Shown piece after piece: positions 19,480 to 29,337 of a stretch of 50,617 bases of DNA. Both the position numbers and the translations under genes were made by a program. The stretch is taken from NCBI GenBank assembly GCA_046757025.1, contig JBHHXN010000019.1, forward strand, positions 1-50,617, written 5' to 3'. Under the pieces are notes generated by a model, which did not search any database, had not been told where the DNA came from, and saw only the letters and a program-made list of their open reading frames with translations. Within the stretch, counting starts at the first letter, position 1, and each line of letters begins with the position of its first letter. The stretch comes from a bacterium (GTDB lineage: Bacteria; Zhuqueibacterota; Zhuqueibacteria; Oceanimicrobiales; Oceanimicrobiaceae).

Positions 19480-20730
19480 CTAAATTGAATTAGCGTATTT
19501 TGCATCGCGTTCAAAAACAGGCTCTTCCACGCTGGTGCGGAAAAGCTCCTGATCATTTTTACCATACGCGATGATGGTGTCATTGTAAATCGTTACCGGC
19601 TTGCCGCGCAAATTGCCTTCGTAAACCTTCGGCCCTTCTTCAAATTTATATTTGAAAATGATCAGATTGGAACGCCGAAATAGCTGCAGCACCGCCAGTA
19701 GCTCTCGGTCCGGATTGACATAACGCTCGATGGCCTGATCCACGCCGGGGCCAAACATCTGCTTCAAATAATCGCGCGGCACCCATCGCGGCGGGATGTA
19801 GTAGCCGTTGGGCGAGGTACCCAGTTGCGGATACAGCGGTAGAGCCACCTTCGCCACGTGGACTAAGAAGTATAGTGGATTGTAACGGTCTTCAATCCAG
19901 CGGCCCTCTTTGTTCATTTTCACCAATCCTTGCAGCCGGATTTGCCCTATACACGAAGCCATGCAGCGGGTTTCCATGGGCTGGCGGTTCGCCTCCGGAT
20001 CGCTGCCCTCCACCCGCGGGTAGCAGGCAATGCATTTTTCTGAAATTCGTGTGTTGCCGCGGTACATGGATTTTTTGTACGGACAGGCCTCCACACACTT
20101 TCGGTAGCCCCGGCACTCCTTCTGATCGATCAATACGATGCCGTCTTCTGGACGTTTGTAAATGGCATTGCGCGGGCAGGCTGCCAGACAGGCCGGGTAG
20201 GTGCAATGATTGCATATACGTGCCAGATAAAAAAACCAGGTTTTGTGTACGGGCAGCTCTACCCCTTCTTTATCAAACTCGTACTTTTTGCCATTTTTCC
20301 CCTGCGGATTATCTTCGTAGATATTTGGCGAGTTCCACTCATGATCCGGAGGCAAATAGCCCAGCACACGCGAGCTTTCCGGCGTGAGTTTTTTCTCGGC
20401 CGCTTCAAAAATCGTCTGGCCGTTAAATTGCGTTTGGCCATTTTTCTGCGACCACTTCTGCCCTTCGGGATTCGCTTCATCCAGCAACTGCAAAATTTTT
20501 ATATCCCAAAATTGTGGATAGCCGCCGTAAGGTTTGGTCTCGACGTTGGCCCACCACATGTGCTCCTGCCCCTTGCTGAAAGTCCATGTGGACTTGCAAG
20601 CCATGGTACAGGTTTGGCAGGCAATGCAGCGATTGATGTTAAAAACAAACGCAAACTGCCTTTGCGGAAAAGCCGCTGCATGCGGATATTTCATATCACG
20701 GCCAAGCTGCCAGTTATAGACTTTAGGCAT
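19480..20730 (-). CDS. nxrB: Nitrite oxidoreductase/periplasmic nitrate reductase beta (Fe-S) subunit
   Basis: MPKVYNWQLGR start; CIACQTCTMAC, CNHCTYPAC, CRGYRKCVEAC, EKCIACYPR, RCMASCIG; ALPLYPQLGT.PNGYYIPPRW. Confidence 0.9.
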   Translation of the reverse strand: MPKVYNWQLGRDMKYPHAAAFPQRQFAFVFNINRCIACQTCTMACKSTWTFSKGQEHMWWANVETKPYGGYPQFWDIKILQLLDEANPEGQKWSQKNGQTQFNGQTIFEAAEKKLTPESSRVLGYLPPDHEWNSPNIYEDNPQGKNGKKYEFDKEGVELPVHKTWFFYLARICNHCTYPACLAACPRNAIYKRPEDGIVLIDQKECRGYRKCVEACPYKKSMYRGNTRISEKCIACYPRVEGSDPEANRQPMETRCMASCIGQIRLQGLVKMNKEGRWIEDRYNPLYFLVHVAKVALPLYPQLGTSPNGYYIPPRWVPRDYLKQMFGPGVDQAIERYVNPDRELLAVLQLFRRSNLIIFKYKFEEGPKVYEGNLRGKPVTIYNDTIIAYGKNDQELFRTSVEEPVFERDAKYANSI

Positions 20731-21025
20731 GGTTGTTCTCCTTTTCAACATGATTTTTGGATTTGGCTTGAGCCCTGCCCCAGATGGCCAGGCACTCATC
20801 CACAATTTTATCGACTTTTTCAACGCCGAGCTCCAGAAAAGCGCGATGGGAGCCGGCATAAAATGGATGACTGAATATCTTCATGATCTTTTGCTTTTTA
20901 AATCCCAATCGCACGAACTCTTCAGCGAAAACGTACGCCATGTCCACGGTTGTAGAAGCGTTGACTGGCAGTTCCACACCTACGAGCGTGTTGGGATCAT
21001 CGGGATCAGGTTCATGGTAAGGCAT
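20723..21025 (-). CDS. Small hypothetical protein between nxrA and nxrB
   Basis: RBS AAGGA, 100 aa, overlaps the nxrB start by 8 nt; DPDDPNTLVGVELP..MAYVFAEEF..FYAG. Confidence 0.75.
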   Translation of the reverse strand: MPYHEPDPDDPNTLVGVELPVNASTTVDMAYVFAEEFVRLGFKKQKIMKIFSHPFYAGSHRAFLELGVEKVDKIVDECLAIWGRAQAKSKNHVEKENNHA

Positions 21026-21052
21026 AATCGGTTCCTTTTAAAAATAACACCT

Positions 21053-24000
21053 TTAACTCTTAACAGTCGTTAAACCACCAGCCAGATATTTTTTCATGAA
21101 ATCGCTTTCGTTATCCGGCGTGAAACCCGTGGTAGCCGGCTGCCAGATTCCCACGCCATCCATGCCGCCGTTTTCCGCTTTCGTAACCCGTACCAGTGTT
21201 TCTTTGGGCACGGTGTTGATGGCGTGATTGTCCGCTTCGCCGCCAAAAATAAATTTCATATACACTTTGGCTTTGTGGAAAAGGCTATCGGTTTGGTGCA
21301 TGGGCATGTGCCAGTTGCGGGTAATGGATTGTTGTGAGCCGTAACGCAAATTGGCCTGGTAGCCGGTGTTTTCCGAAAGCGCTCGCCCATCCGGTCGAGT
21401 TTCATGCGCCCGCACGCTCTTTTCCGTGGCGATGAAGGGGGCGTGTTTCATCATCACAATATTGTAGGGATAAGCGTGGTTGTATTTCACCCGCAACATA
21501 CAGCGGGACACGCGGTAGAAAAATTCGTCTGGTTTGGCGCCGATATAGGGGCGATCGGCCGGGTTGGCGTCCACGTAAACATAGTCGCCGTCGTTGATAC
21601 CGAGGTCGCGCGCAGCTTTTGGATTGATATGCAATTGATGCTCACCCACGCAAGGGGCGCGTTTGTCGAGTCGGTAGGGATCGCCGAAGTTGGAATCGTA
21701 CAGCATGTGCCAATCGACGTTGGACCAGCCGCTGTGAACGCGATGCCGGGTTTTGGGTGTCAGGCAGTAAAATTGAAAACCCTTTTCCCAGAGAAAATTG
21801 TGGGTATTTTTGACCCGGCTCCAGTTCATTTTTATGTTGCGTACGGTGCGTTCATCCCAGTGCCGGGCGCTGGCGGCAATGCCGTAATCGTCGGGTCGGA
21901 TGTACGGGTTGGAGCTGACGATGACATTAGGCAAATAGGGCGTCGCTTCCGGTCCCTCACGGTGCACGATAAAGTTTTCACCGTATTCGATGGCCTCGGG
22001 AATGTCCGAGTAAGCATGCATGCGACCGGTGTCGGTGTGAAATGGCTGACTGTCCTTGACCTGCTCGTAAAACGGAATACGCGGATAGGTGCGAAACATC
22101 ATGAGCGCGCCCCCGGACGGACCGTATTTTCCCGCCATGATATCATCGAGATTGTAACCAGCCGTCGTGGTGCAAGTGTCGAGCAAACGTTGAATGTAAA
22201 CTTTGCGTTTGCCCTCGTATTCGAATTTAAAATAATCTGTGAATCGTTTGTCGCCGGTGACTTTTGCCAGACTTTTGGCGATGCCAGCGATGATGGAGAG
22301 ATCGTCTTTGCTGTCAAAAACCGACGGGATGCCGCCTTTCCAAATTTGCAGAAACGGGTTGGAACAACTGGCGGTGATTTCCAGGTCCTCGAATTCCAGC
22401 CAGGAGTTGGCCGGCAGCGCCAGATCGGAATATTCAATGGAAGCGGTCATTTGAATGTCGAATGACACGATCATCTCGATATTCGGATTCACGTTCTTGA
22501 TCATTTCATAAACCCACTTGGCATTGTTGATCAGATTGACGTTATTGAACAACAAAGCCTTGGTTGGCGTGGGCATGTGGGTATCGCCGGTAAAATTCTT
22601 TCGGCCGTATTTGGGCGTATTGACAATCAGCGCTTTGTCACCGTGATTCCAGTAAGCTGGCTCCTCCCCTTTTGCGTGGCCGTGGGCCTGGATCTCTTTA
22701 CCGTGGGCGCTCTCATCGAGATTGGGCGCGAACGGGTCTTCGGCAACCCACCCCTTGAATCCGGGTCCCGTCCAGGGAGAACCCTGAAACAATGCCGCTT
22801 TATAATTGCCGGCCCAGGTCTGACAGCCAGCTCCCGGTTTGCCGATGTTTCCAGTCAAAATCACCGGTAGATAAGCCGCCCGGTTCATTTCCGTGGCATG
22901 GAACCAGTGATTGATGCCTTCCCCCTGATGAATGGCCACCGGCTTGAGGGTGGCGATATCTTCGGCAAGCTGCTCCACCAGCTTTTTAGGAGCATGGGTG
23001 ATCTCACAGACCGTGTCGATATCATAGTCTTTCAAGTGCACCTGGTACAGCGACCACAAGGTCGCGACCTCTACTTGCCGGCCATCGACCAATCGCACTT
23101 TGAAACTGCCAGCGAGCGCCGGTTCGATGCCTTTTTGTATCATGGTCTCGCCCACGTCGTCACGCGTGAGCGCTTTAGGCTGATTTGACTTTTTATCCCA
23201 GACCACATAATCCCCCAACTTTTCGTGCTGCTCTTCCGTGAAACCCTGGATTTTGACGGACGGTCCATCGGAGGAAAGGCTGCTTTTATAATCTGGAAAC
23301 AGCTCATGGGCGCGCAGACGCTTGAGGGTATCCTTTCTAACCAGGAACGGAAAATCGGTAAACTTTTTCACAAACGCCTCATCGTACCACTTTTTGTCGA
23401 TGAGAATTTTGGTGACCCCCAGCCAGAGCGCGGCATCGGTGGCCGGCCGGATGGGAATCCAGTAATCGGCTTTGGTAGAAGGCGGCCCGTATTCCGGCGC
23501 GATGACCACAATTTTTGCCCCGCGTTCCATGCATTCGATAAACCAGTGCGAGTCTGGCAATTTGTTTTCCACGAGATTTTTGCCATCCATGATGATCAGC
23601 TTGGAAAAACGCAGATCGTTGAAGTCGCAATCCGAGGTTTGCAGGCCGTGTACCCAGGGATGGCCGGGCGCCTGATCGCCGTGCCAGGTGTAGTTGGAAA
23701 AATTGCGTCCGGCCAACGCTTCCTTTTTGCTGACGCCGCGGTTGAGTGTATCGAGAATGGCCAAAGAGTTATTGAGACGGTACATGCCATATTTGCCGAT
23801 CACCCCCAGCAGCCCCATGCCGCCGCGCATTTTCACACAGCGTGTGCCCGCGCCGCCGGTCGCCGCCACCATTTCAGGTTGGTATCCCTGTGCCAGCAGA
23901 CGGTTTTTGCCGGCCTCACCGCTGTATCGCTGAGTGATGGCCACCAGAGCTTTGGCAATATTATCGAAGGCATCCGACCAGCTAATCTGCACAAATTCAT

Positions 24001-24523
24001 CATCGCCGCGGCTGTCGAATTTAAATTTCGATTTGAGCTCCGGCGTCAGCTCGGGAAAGCCGGCATCTGCCCAAGCCTTCCAACCCTTGCGCACGATGGG
24101 ATGCTTCAAGCGATAAGGGCCGTAGATAACGCGATGAAACGTGTACCCTTTGGCACATTGCCGCGGATTCCAGTTGCGGGTGGCGTGGTTGCCGTCCAGA
24201 TCGGAATAGGTCTGGTAATCGTAAGTCGAACCCAGCCGCGTGACGATGCCATTGCGCACATAAGCGCGCACCCGGCAGGCATGTGTGTCATTGGGCGAGC
24301 ACACCCAGTCGAAATAAGAATCGTATTTATACTGATCGCGGTATATCTTTTCCCAGTCGCGATTCACCGAGCCGGCTAACGGATTCTGGTCTGCCGCCAC
24401 CGCGGCCAGTAACTTTAACGGCAGGTTCAGGCCGGCAATGGTGGCGCCGGTACCTGCGCCCAACCAGCTCAAAAACTGTCGGCGATTTATTTGAGTACGA
24501 TCCTCAAATCTTTTTTTACCCAT
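21053..24523 (-). CDS. nxrA: Periplasmic NXR-type molybdopterin alpha subunit (type II DMSO reductase family)
   Basis: Tat motif NRRQFL; FS0 motif CSPNDTHAC...NWNPRQCAKG; Mo-ligand Asp in TWHGDQAPG; TPKTRHRVHS; YGSQQSITR; NTVPKETLV. Confidence 0.9.
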   Translation of the reverse strand: MGKKRFEDRTQINRRQFLSWLGAGTGATIAGLNLPLKLLAAVAADQNPLAGSVNRDWEKIYRDQYKYDSYFDWVCSPNDTHACRVRAYVRNGIVTRLGSTYDYQTYSDLDGNHATRNWNPRQCAKGYTFHRVIYGPYRLKHPIVRKGWKAWADAGFPELTPELKSKFKFDSRGDDEFVQISWSDAFDNIAKALVAITQRYSGEAGKNRLLAQGYQPEMVAATGGAGTRCVKMRGGMGLLGVIGKYGMYRLNNSLAILDTLNRGVSKKEALAGRNFSNYTWHGDQAPGHPWVHGLQTSDCDFNDLRFSKLIIMDGKNLVENKLPDSHWFIECMERGAKIVVIAPEYGPPSTKADYWIPIRPATDAALWLGVTKILIDKKWYDEAFVKKFTDFPFLVRKDTLKRLRAHELFPDYKSSLSSDGPSVKIQGFTEEQHEKLGDYVVWDKKSNQPKALTRDDVGETMIQKGIEPALAGSFKVRLVDGRQVEVATLWSLYQVHLKDYDIDTVCEITHAPKKLVEQLAEDIATLKPVAIHQGEGINHWFHATEMNRAAYLPVILTGNIGKPGAGCQTWAGNYKAALFQGSPWTGPGFKGWVAEDPFAPNLDESAHGKEIQAHGHAKGEEPAYWNHGDKALIVNTPKYGRKNFTGDTHMPTPTKALLFNNVNLINNAKWVYEMIKNVNPNIEMIVSFDIQMTASIEYSDLALPANSWLEFEDLEITASCSNPFLQIWKGGIPSVFDSKDDLSIIAGIAKSLAKVTGDKRFTDYFKFEYEGKRKVYIQRLLDTCTTTAGYNLDDIMAGKYGPSGGALMMFRTYPRIPFYEQVKDSQPFHTDTGRMHAYSDIPEAIEYGENFIVHREGPEATPYLPNVIVSSNPYIRPDDYGIAASARHWDERTVRNIKMNWSRVKNTHNFLWEKGFQFYCLTPKTRHRVHSGWSNVDWHMLYDSNFGDPYRLDKRAPCVGEHQLHINPKAARDLGINDGDYVYVDANPADRPYIGAKPDEFFYRVSRCMLRVKYNHAYPYNIVMMKHAPFIATEKSVRAHETRPDGRALSENTGYQANLRYGSQQSITRNWHMPMHQTDSLFHKAKVYMKFIFGGEADNHAINTVPKETLVRVTKAENGGMDGVGIWQPATTGFTPDNESDFMKKYLAGGLTTVKS

Positions 24524-24595
24524 GGGACTCTCCCTTTTCAATGGTTAAAATTTCCTGTAAAATAATTTCATCGACCTGTCAAATCTATGTTTTTT

Positions 24596-26218
24596 TCAAT
24601 CGAGTATGACCAAATCTTGCCAGATGGTCACGGATTTCTTGCCGTCGCGGTCGCCGGCGCGGCCGTTCCAGACCGCAAACGCGACCGGGACCGTCTGGCC
24701 CGGACTGAGATTTACGCTGTTCCTGCCGCTGCCATTCAGTGAACGGCGCAGCACCACCCGGTACGTTCCAAGATCATAAAATCCTTTCGCTGCCACATTT
24801 TGATCCGACATGGGATGCGCTTTCAGGGTGCCAAATCCTTGCGAATACAAATCTTCAGATGGATTTTTCCGGGTGGGATCCGACACAATGTTGTCCGCTC
24901 CCCAGCCCGTAATAAAGGCCGGGTCGGATTCCAGGGTGAGCGCCCGGCGCGTGGGCTGCTCCAGGGCTGAGCGGATTAAATTGGGATAGGAATCGATGCC
25001 GATGTTCGGATAGACTTTGTCGATATCCTGAAACGCCGGTTCGAGATCCGCCTGCCGCTCCGATTTCCACATCCACAAATTGACATAACTGCCGCGCTCT
25101 CCCATGCCAAAAAACGGCGGATCATCGGTCATGGCAAACTCCACCGCCGCCGCATCGCGAAAATCTTGCGGGCGAATCACGGTTTGATCATGACTCTCAT
25201 CTTCCCACATCAGGCGAATGGCCAGCGTGTTGCCGTCGTGCAGCGCTTGTACATTCAAAATTTCGGGGCGATCGTCGCGCCACCAGAGCGGCATCATGTG
25301 CAAGTTCACGGCGTCGGCCTCGCGCCAGACGCCGGCGTCGGGATGGTCGGGGATTTCAGCCACCCGTCGGGCTACAATGCGGAACTTCTTCATTTCCACC
25401 CGCTCACGCTGCTGAGCGCTGGACATGGAAAGCACAAAATGCGTTAAATGCCAGGCATCTTCGCCGTAGGACCAGTCGCTCATGGGCATGGGTGAACCCG
25501 GTAACCCGGCCACAATACGACGATAAATCTGCTCTGGTTCAGGTCCCCCTTTGAAAATCCCCTGAGTCAAGTCACGCGGGCGGGTGGGATACCCCTTTTC
25601 ATCGATTTGCTTTTGGACGCCATCGCCCCGGCCCGTCGCTCCATGACAGGCGGCACAGGCGTCGGCATAGCGCTGACGAGCGCGCTCCTCGGCCTGGGCA
25701 TCGTAGGCAGGTTCCGGCGGAATCTTGATGATGCCCTTTTGCTCTTCGCTTTCCTCACTCACCGCGGGGATGGGTTTCCTGGCAAAGGATTTAATGTAAT
25801 GCACCAGAGCCCAGCGCGTTTTCTCGCTTAGGTGCGACCAAGAGGGCATGGCTGAACCGGGAATCCCCCGAGAGATCACATAAAAAATATCTTCATCGGT
25901 AGGAATTCTCTCCCAGGTTGAGACAATTCGGTAACGCGCAGCGGTAAAATCTCGTGGCTTGGGATAAAGCAGGTAGGCCGCTTCTCCCTGCCCGTCGCCT
26001 TGCAATCCGTGGCAGGGAGCGCATCTTTGATCGTAAATAATTTTGCCTGCTTTTAATAAATCTGTTGAGGAAGGTAGAACTTCAGAAGCCTGCAGATTCG
26101 ACGCAATGGCGCCCGACCTCAGCTCCTGAGCAGCCTGTTTTCCTTTCCTGCAACTCATCTGCAATAACAAACCCACAACTAAAAAGCAAACAATACAAAC
26201 CGTTGATTCCTTTTTCAT
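24596..26218 (-). CDS. Lipoprotein diheme cytochrome c fused to an EbdC/NxrC-like heme-b domain
   Basis: Lipobox-like QMSC; CAPCH and CAACH with PRDFT/PRDLT and GSAMP/GSPMP; C-terminal FRDAAAVEF, FFGMG, VNLWMWK, VAFAVWNG..GDRDGKK. Confidence 0.85.
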   Translation of the reverse strand: MKKESTVCIVCFLVVGLLLQMSCRKGKQAAQELRSGAIASNLQASEVLPSSTDLLKAGKIIYDQRCAPCHGLQGDGQGEAAYLLYPKPRDFTAARYRIVSTWERIPTDEDIFYVISRGIPGSAMPSWSHLSEKTRWALVHYIKSFARKPIPAVSEESEEQKGIIKIPPEPAYDAQAEERARQRYADACAACHGATGRGDGVQKQIDEKGYPTRPRDLTQGIFKGGPEPEQIYRRIVAGLPGSPMPMSDWSYGEDAWHLTHFVLSMSSAQQRERVEMKKFRIVARRVAEIPDHPDAGVWREADAVNLHMMPLWWRDDRPEILNVQALHDGNTLAIRLMWEDESHDQTVIRPQDFRDAAAVEFAMTDDPPFFGMGERGSYVNLWMWKSERQADLEPAFQDIDKVYPNIGIDSYPNLIRSALEQPTRRALTLESDPAFITGWGADNIVSDPTRKNPSEDLYSQGFGTLKAHPMSDQNVAAKGFYDLGTYRVVLRRSLNGSGRNSVNLSPGQTVPVAFAVWNGRAGDRDGKKSVTIWQDLVILD

Positions 26219-26396
26219 TTTGAACCCCTTCAATAGGTTACTATTCAAAAAAATTAGTCTGGCTTGTAGGAGTAATGTATATTTATATATTTGTTTACGA
26301 TAACAGAAAGGAATATGGTGCTGCTACGATTCCGTTTTAAGTTCGGTCACTTATTACGGTTTTAACCATCTGATGAAAAATATAACAGAAAAGAGA

Positions 26397-26452
26397 TTTA
26401 TATCGGACTACTTTGTCCGATATAAAATAAATCGTTTTTTTTTAAATGTCAA
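26397..26452 (-). promoter_or_regulatory. nxr operon promoter (TTGACA-17-TATTTT) overlapped by a 12-bp perfect inverted repeat
   Basis: -35 at 26452-26447, -10 at 26429-26424; TTTATATCGGAC-TACTTT-GTCCGATATAAA at 26397-26426. Confidence 0.65.
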
Positions 26453-26659
26453 GCATTTTATTTTTTTTTGATTTTTTTTATAACAGAATGCAAATCAATA
26501 ATGCTGGTGATCGTTGCCCGGTTATTTATTGAGTTGACCTATCGACAGAATGTGATTGAAATATTGTGGTTGGCTCAAAGCTGAAAATGAGGTCCTTTAA
26601 TGGCAGACTACTCAATCAGAAATAATGAAATTTATGTGATTGATTTCAAAACTTAATTT

Positions 26660-26851
26660 CTAACATTTCTCACTTCAGATTCGGTCAAAAAAAGTGAACC
26701 GTAACTGTCATTCAGGAGGAATCTTGTTAATTATCAGCACAGTAGCTTGTTCGATACTCATTTCGTAGAACTAAAAAGATTCTTCCAGAATGACATTTAA
26801 GACCTTGTTTATATGACAGTCTAATCAACTTAGTGAAGTGAGAAATGTTAG
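26660..26851. mobile_element. MITE with perfect 18-bp TIR and 7-bp target-site duplication
   Basis: CTAACATTTCTCACTTCA/TGAAGTGAGAAATGTTAG; TTAATTT on both sides; cargo GTCATTC..GAATCT...AGATTC..GAATGAC. Confidence 0.8.
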
Positions 26852-26871
26852 TTAATTTTTAAATCCGCGAA

Positions 26872-27624
26872 TCACTTCAAATACAACATCTTCCTGGCGG
26901 AACGAAATGCTCCGGCGGCCATCCGCACTACATACACCTCGCTCGCCAGTTGCTGCGCTTCGAATTCGACTTCATGGGAGCCTGCCGTTAGCGATTTGTC
27001 CAGCAGAGTTGTGACTCTTTGTCCCAACAGGTTGAACACCTCAATTTTTACATGCACTGCCTTCGGCAACCCAAACTGAATGGTAGTCGAGGGATTGAAC
27101 GGATTGGGGTAGTTTTGCCACAATGCGAATGAAGTCACGGCATTTTCATCTATCGGATCCGACACCGCACCGACCAAATCGGAATTGATCACGATGATGA
27201 CCGTATCCTGCCCGACATCCATTATCACAGACAACGTGTCTGCAAGCAGCCGTCCGCTAAACCCTCCGCCGGTCAGCAAAGCCGGGACAATCGCAACCGT
27301 TGTAGAATCGCCCGGCGGAATCGCAATTGGGTAACTCAGGATTTCGCCCTTCAGATCAAATAATTCATAGGACCAGTTCTCCGTCACCACCAGCGTATCC
27401 ACATTGACAGTATGCGTGCTGATATTTGTGATGCTGAATTGGTTGTTTTCTTCGAAATCGTCGGGCTTGAGAAAAAAAACCGTATCGGGTTGTACGATGA
27501 CGCAGTCCAATTTCGCAGGCATTTGAGGAGGTACGCTGTCAGTGTTTTGGGCATTAAGGTCATTGAAGAGACATAAAAAGAAGATCACCGTTTTCACGAA
27601 ATAACTATTTTCTGCTTTTAGCAT
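26872..27624 (-). CDS. Secreted protein with T9SS-type C-terminal domain
   Basis: RBS GGAGG; signal peptide; Ig-like region; QNYPNPFNP...RKMLYLK. Confidence 0.85.
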   Translation of the reverse strand: MLKAENSYFVKTVIFFLCLFNDLNAQNTDSVPPQMPAKLDCVIVQPDTVFFLKPDDFEENNQFSITNISTHTVNVDTLVVTENWSYELFDLKGEILSYPIAIPPGDSTTVAIVPALLTGGGFSGRLLADTLSVIMDVGQDTVIIVINSDLVGAVSDPIDENAVTSFALWQNYPNPFNPSTTIQFGLPKAVHVKIEVFNLLGQRVTTLLDKSLTAGSHEVEFEAQQLASEVYVVRMAAGAFRSARKMLYLK

Positions 27625-27758
27625 TTTCACCTCCCACCTTTGGAAAAGCAGCGGCTCCAAGTTCAAAAACAGTTTTAGTTCATTCAAGAATTCGTCAAAT
27701 CAACTAAAAGCGTCAGTTAAGTCTGGTTTATCTTTTGGTATGGTGTAGAAAAAGCATG

Positions 27759-28925
27759 TTACAATTTCACAGCACGCATGAGTGCTTCATTGGAAGGAGC
27801 CTGTTCCAGAAGTCGCAGCATACTTTGCATGGCCGGTCGAGGTTCACTATCCGCCAGCCGGCGACGTAGCGCGGCCAGCCACTGGGTTTCACCATCCGAG
27901 TACAGCAGCTCCTCTTTACGGGTACCGCTGGCTATTATATTGATGGCGGGAAAAATTCGAGCGTCTGCCAGCGAACGCTCCAGCACGATCTCACAATTCC
28001 CCGTCCCCTTGAACTCTTCGAAAATGAAATCATCCATGCGCGAGCCGGTCTCGACAAGCGCCGTGGCGATGACGGTCACGGAACCGCCGTTTTCGACGTT
28101 GCGCGCCAGGCCAAAAAACTTTCGTGGAATTTCCAGCGCCCGGGCGTCCAGCCCGCCGGTCATGGTGCGTCGGGAACCCTTGCCGGATTTGTTAAACGCT
28201 CTTCCCATGCGGGTGAGGCTGTCCACCAGCACGACGATGTCCCGTCCACATTCCAGCTCACAACGGATGTGCGCCAGGGTAAGCTCCGCTAAATTGATAT
28301 GCGATTCAAGACTCTGATCATTGGAGCTGGCCAGTACTTCTGCAGGCACGGTGCGGCGAAAATTCGTCACCTCTTCCGGACGCTCGTCGATGAGCAGCAC
28401 GATGATACGCGTTTCCGGCTCGCTTTCTTGAATTGCGCGCGCTATTTGCTCCAGAATCCGGGTTTTACCGGCTTTCGGCGGTGACACGATCAGGCCGCGG
28501 GTACCCTTACCAATGGGCGCAATCAAGTCGATAATGCGCATGGTCGGATTGCCGCCCACACCTAATCGGAATCGCTCCGTGGGATCGATGGCCAGCAGCT
28601 TGTCAAATCGAGTACGAGCTTGGAACTGCTCCGGCGTCAAACCGCAGACGGATTCGATGGCAATTAGTTGATTCCCTTTTTCAGTTTGCACCCTCTCGCC
28701 GCGGACCGCGGCCCCGTCTTCCAGGCCATATTCTCGGATCATTTTGGATGACACCCAGGTATCCTGGGAGGTTGCCTGAAAGGACCTGTGCGCGTCTCGC
28801 AAAAAGCCACTGCCCTGTTGAATGCGTTGTAAAACACCGCTGACCGTCTGATTCGTTGATTGTGAATTTCGGGTTTCGGGTTTTGGGTTTTGGGTATTAT
28901 TTTTGCCTGAACGCGATGAATCCAT
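27759..28925 (-). CDS. rho: Transcription termination factor Rho (short form)
   Basis: GFLR RNA-binding motif; PIGKGTR, PPKAGKT Walker A, LIDERPEEV, DSLTR, EEFKGTGN, SGTRKEELL. Confidence 0.93.
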   Translation of the reverse strand: MDSSRSGKNNTQNPKPETRNSQSTNQTVSGVLQRIQQGSGFLRDAHRSFQATSQDTWVSSKMIREYGLEDGAAVRGERVQTEKGNQLIAIESVCGLTPEQFQARTRFDKLLAIDPTERFRLGVGGNPTMRIIDLIAPIGKGTRGLIVSPPKAGKTRILEQIARAIQESEPETRIIVLLIDERPEEVTNFRRTVPAEVLASSNDQSLESHINLAELTLAHIRCELECGRDIVVLVDSLTRMGRAFNKSGKGSRRTMTGGLDARALEIPRKFFGLARNVENGGSVTVIATALVETGSRMDDFIFEEFKGTGNCEIVLERSLADARIFPAINIIASGTRKEELLYSDGETQWLAALRRRLADSEPRPAMQSMLRLLEQAPSNEALMRAVKL

Positions 28926-29337
28926 CGTCTTGTTGCTTCCTTTTTTATTGATAAAGCTACGAATTGAGAATTTCAACTACCAGGGTACAGGGTGCGCCCG
29001 CTGCCTATCAGCTATTCATACTTTTGCATCTCGATAAGGGAAAGGCTCATGCAATTTCATCGTGAACAGACAGCCATGCCCATCTCTGAAACGAATCATT
29101 TGTCAGGTAAGTTTCGCGATCTTACTGGATTTGAACACGTGCGGATTCAATTGCAACAGAAATGTTTATAGCATAGCAGCGTTTCAATCCATTGAATCCT
29201 ATCCATCATTTTGAGTTCATCACAACAAATAGTGTTTTCAATAATGTGAATTGAGGAAAAGGTGTACTGGCCAACTCCCAAAGAAGATGGCCAGCCTGGG
29301 ATCTGGAGACACTTACAGAATTACCGCCGATATCGCT

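Noticed and set aside
20731..20859. N-terminal extension of nxrB given in the ORF track
   Set aside because: The true start is the RBS-preceded ATG at 20730 (MPKVYNW); the extension overlaps the separate small gene
21404..24379. Long plus-strand ORFs (353 aa and 384 aa)
   Set aside because: Antisense shadows of nxrA with no recognisable motifs
19480..24523. Annotation as canonical cytoplasmic narGH
   Set aside because: Tat signal, CxxxDxxxC FS0 motif (NarG has HxxxCxxxC), no narI, and an NXR-type beta N-terminus
26460..26650. FNR/CRP box upstream of the nxr operon
   Set aside because: Only half-sites (TTGAT, TGTGA) without correctly spaced partners
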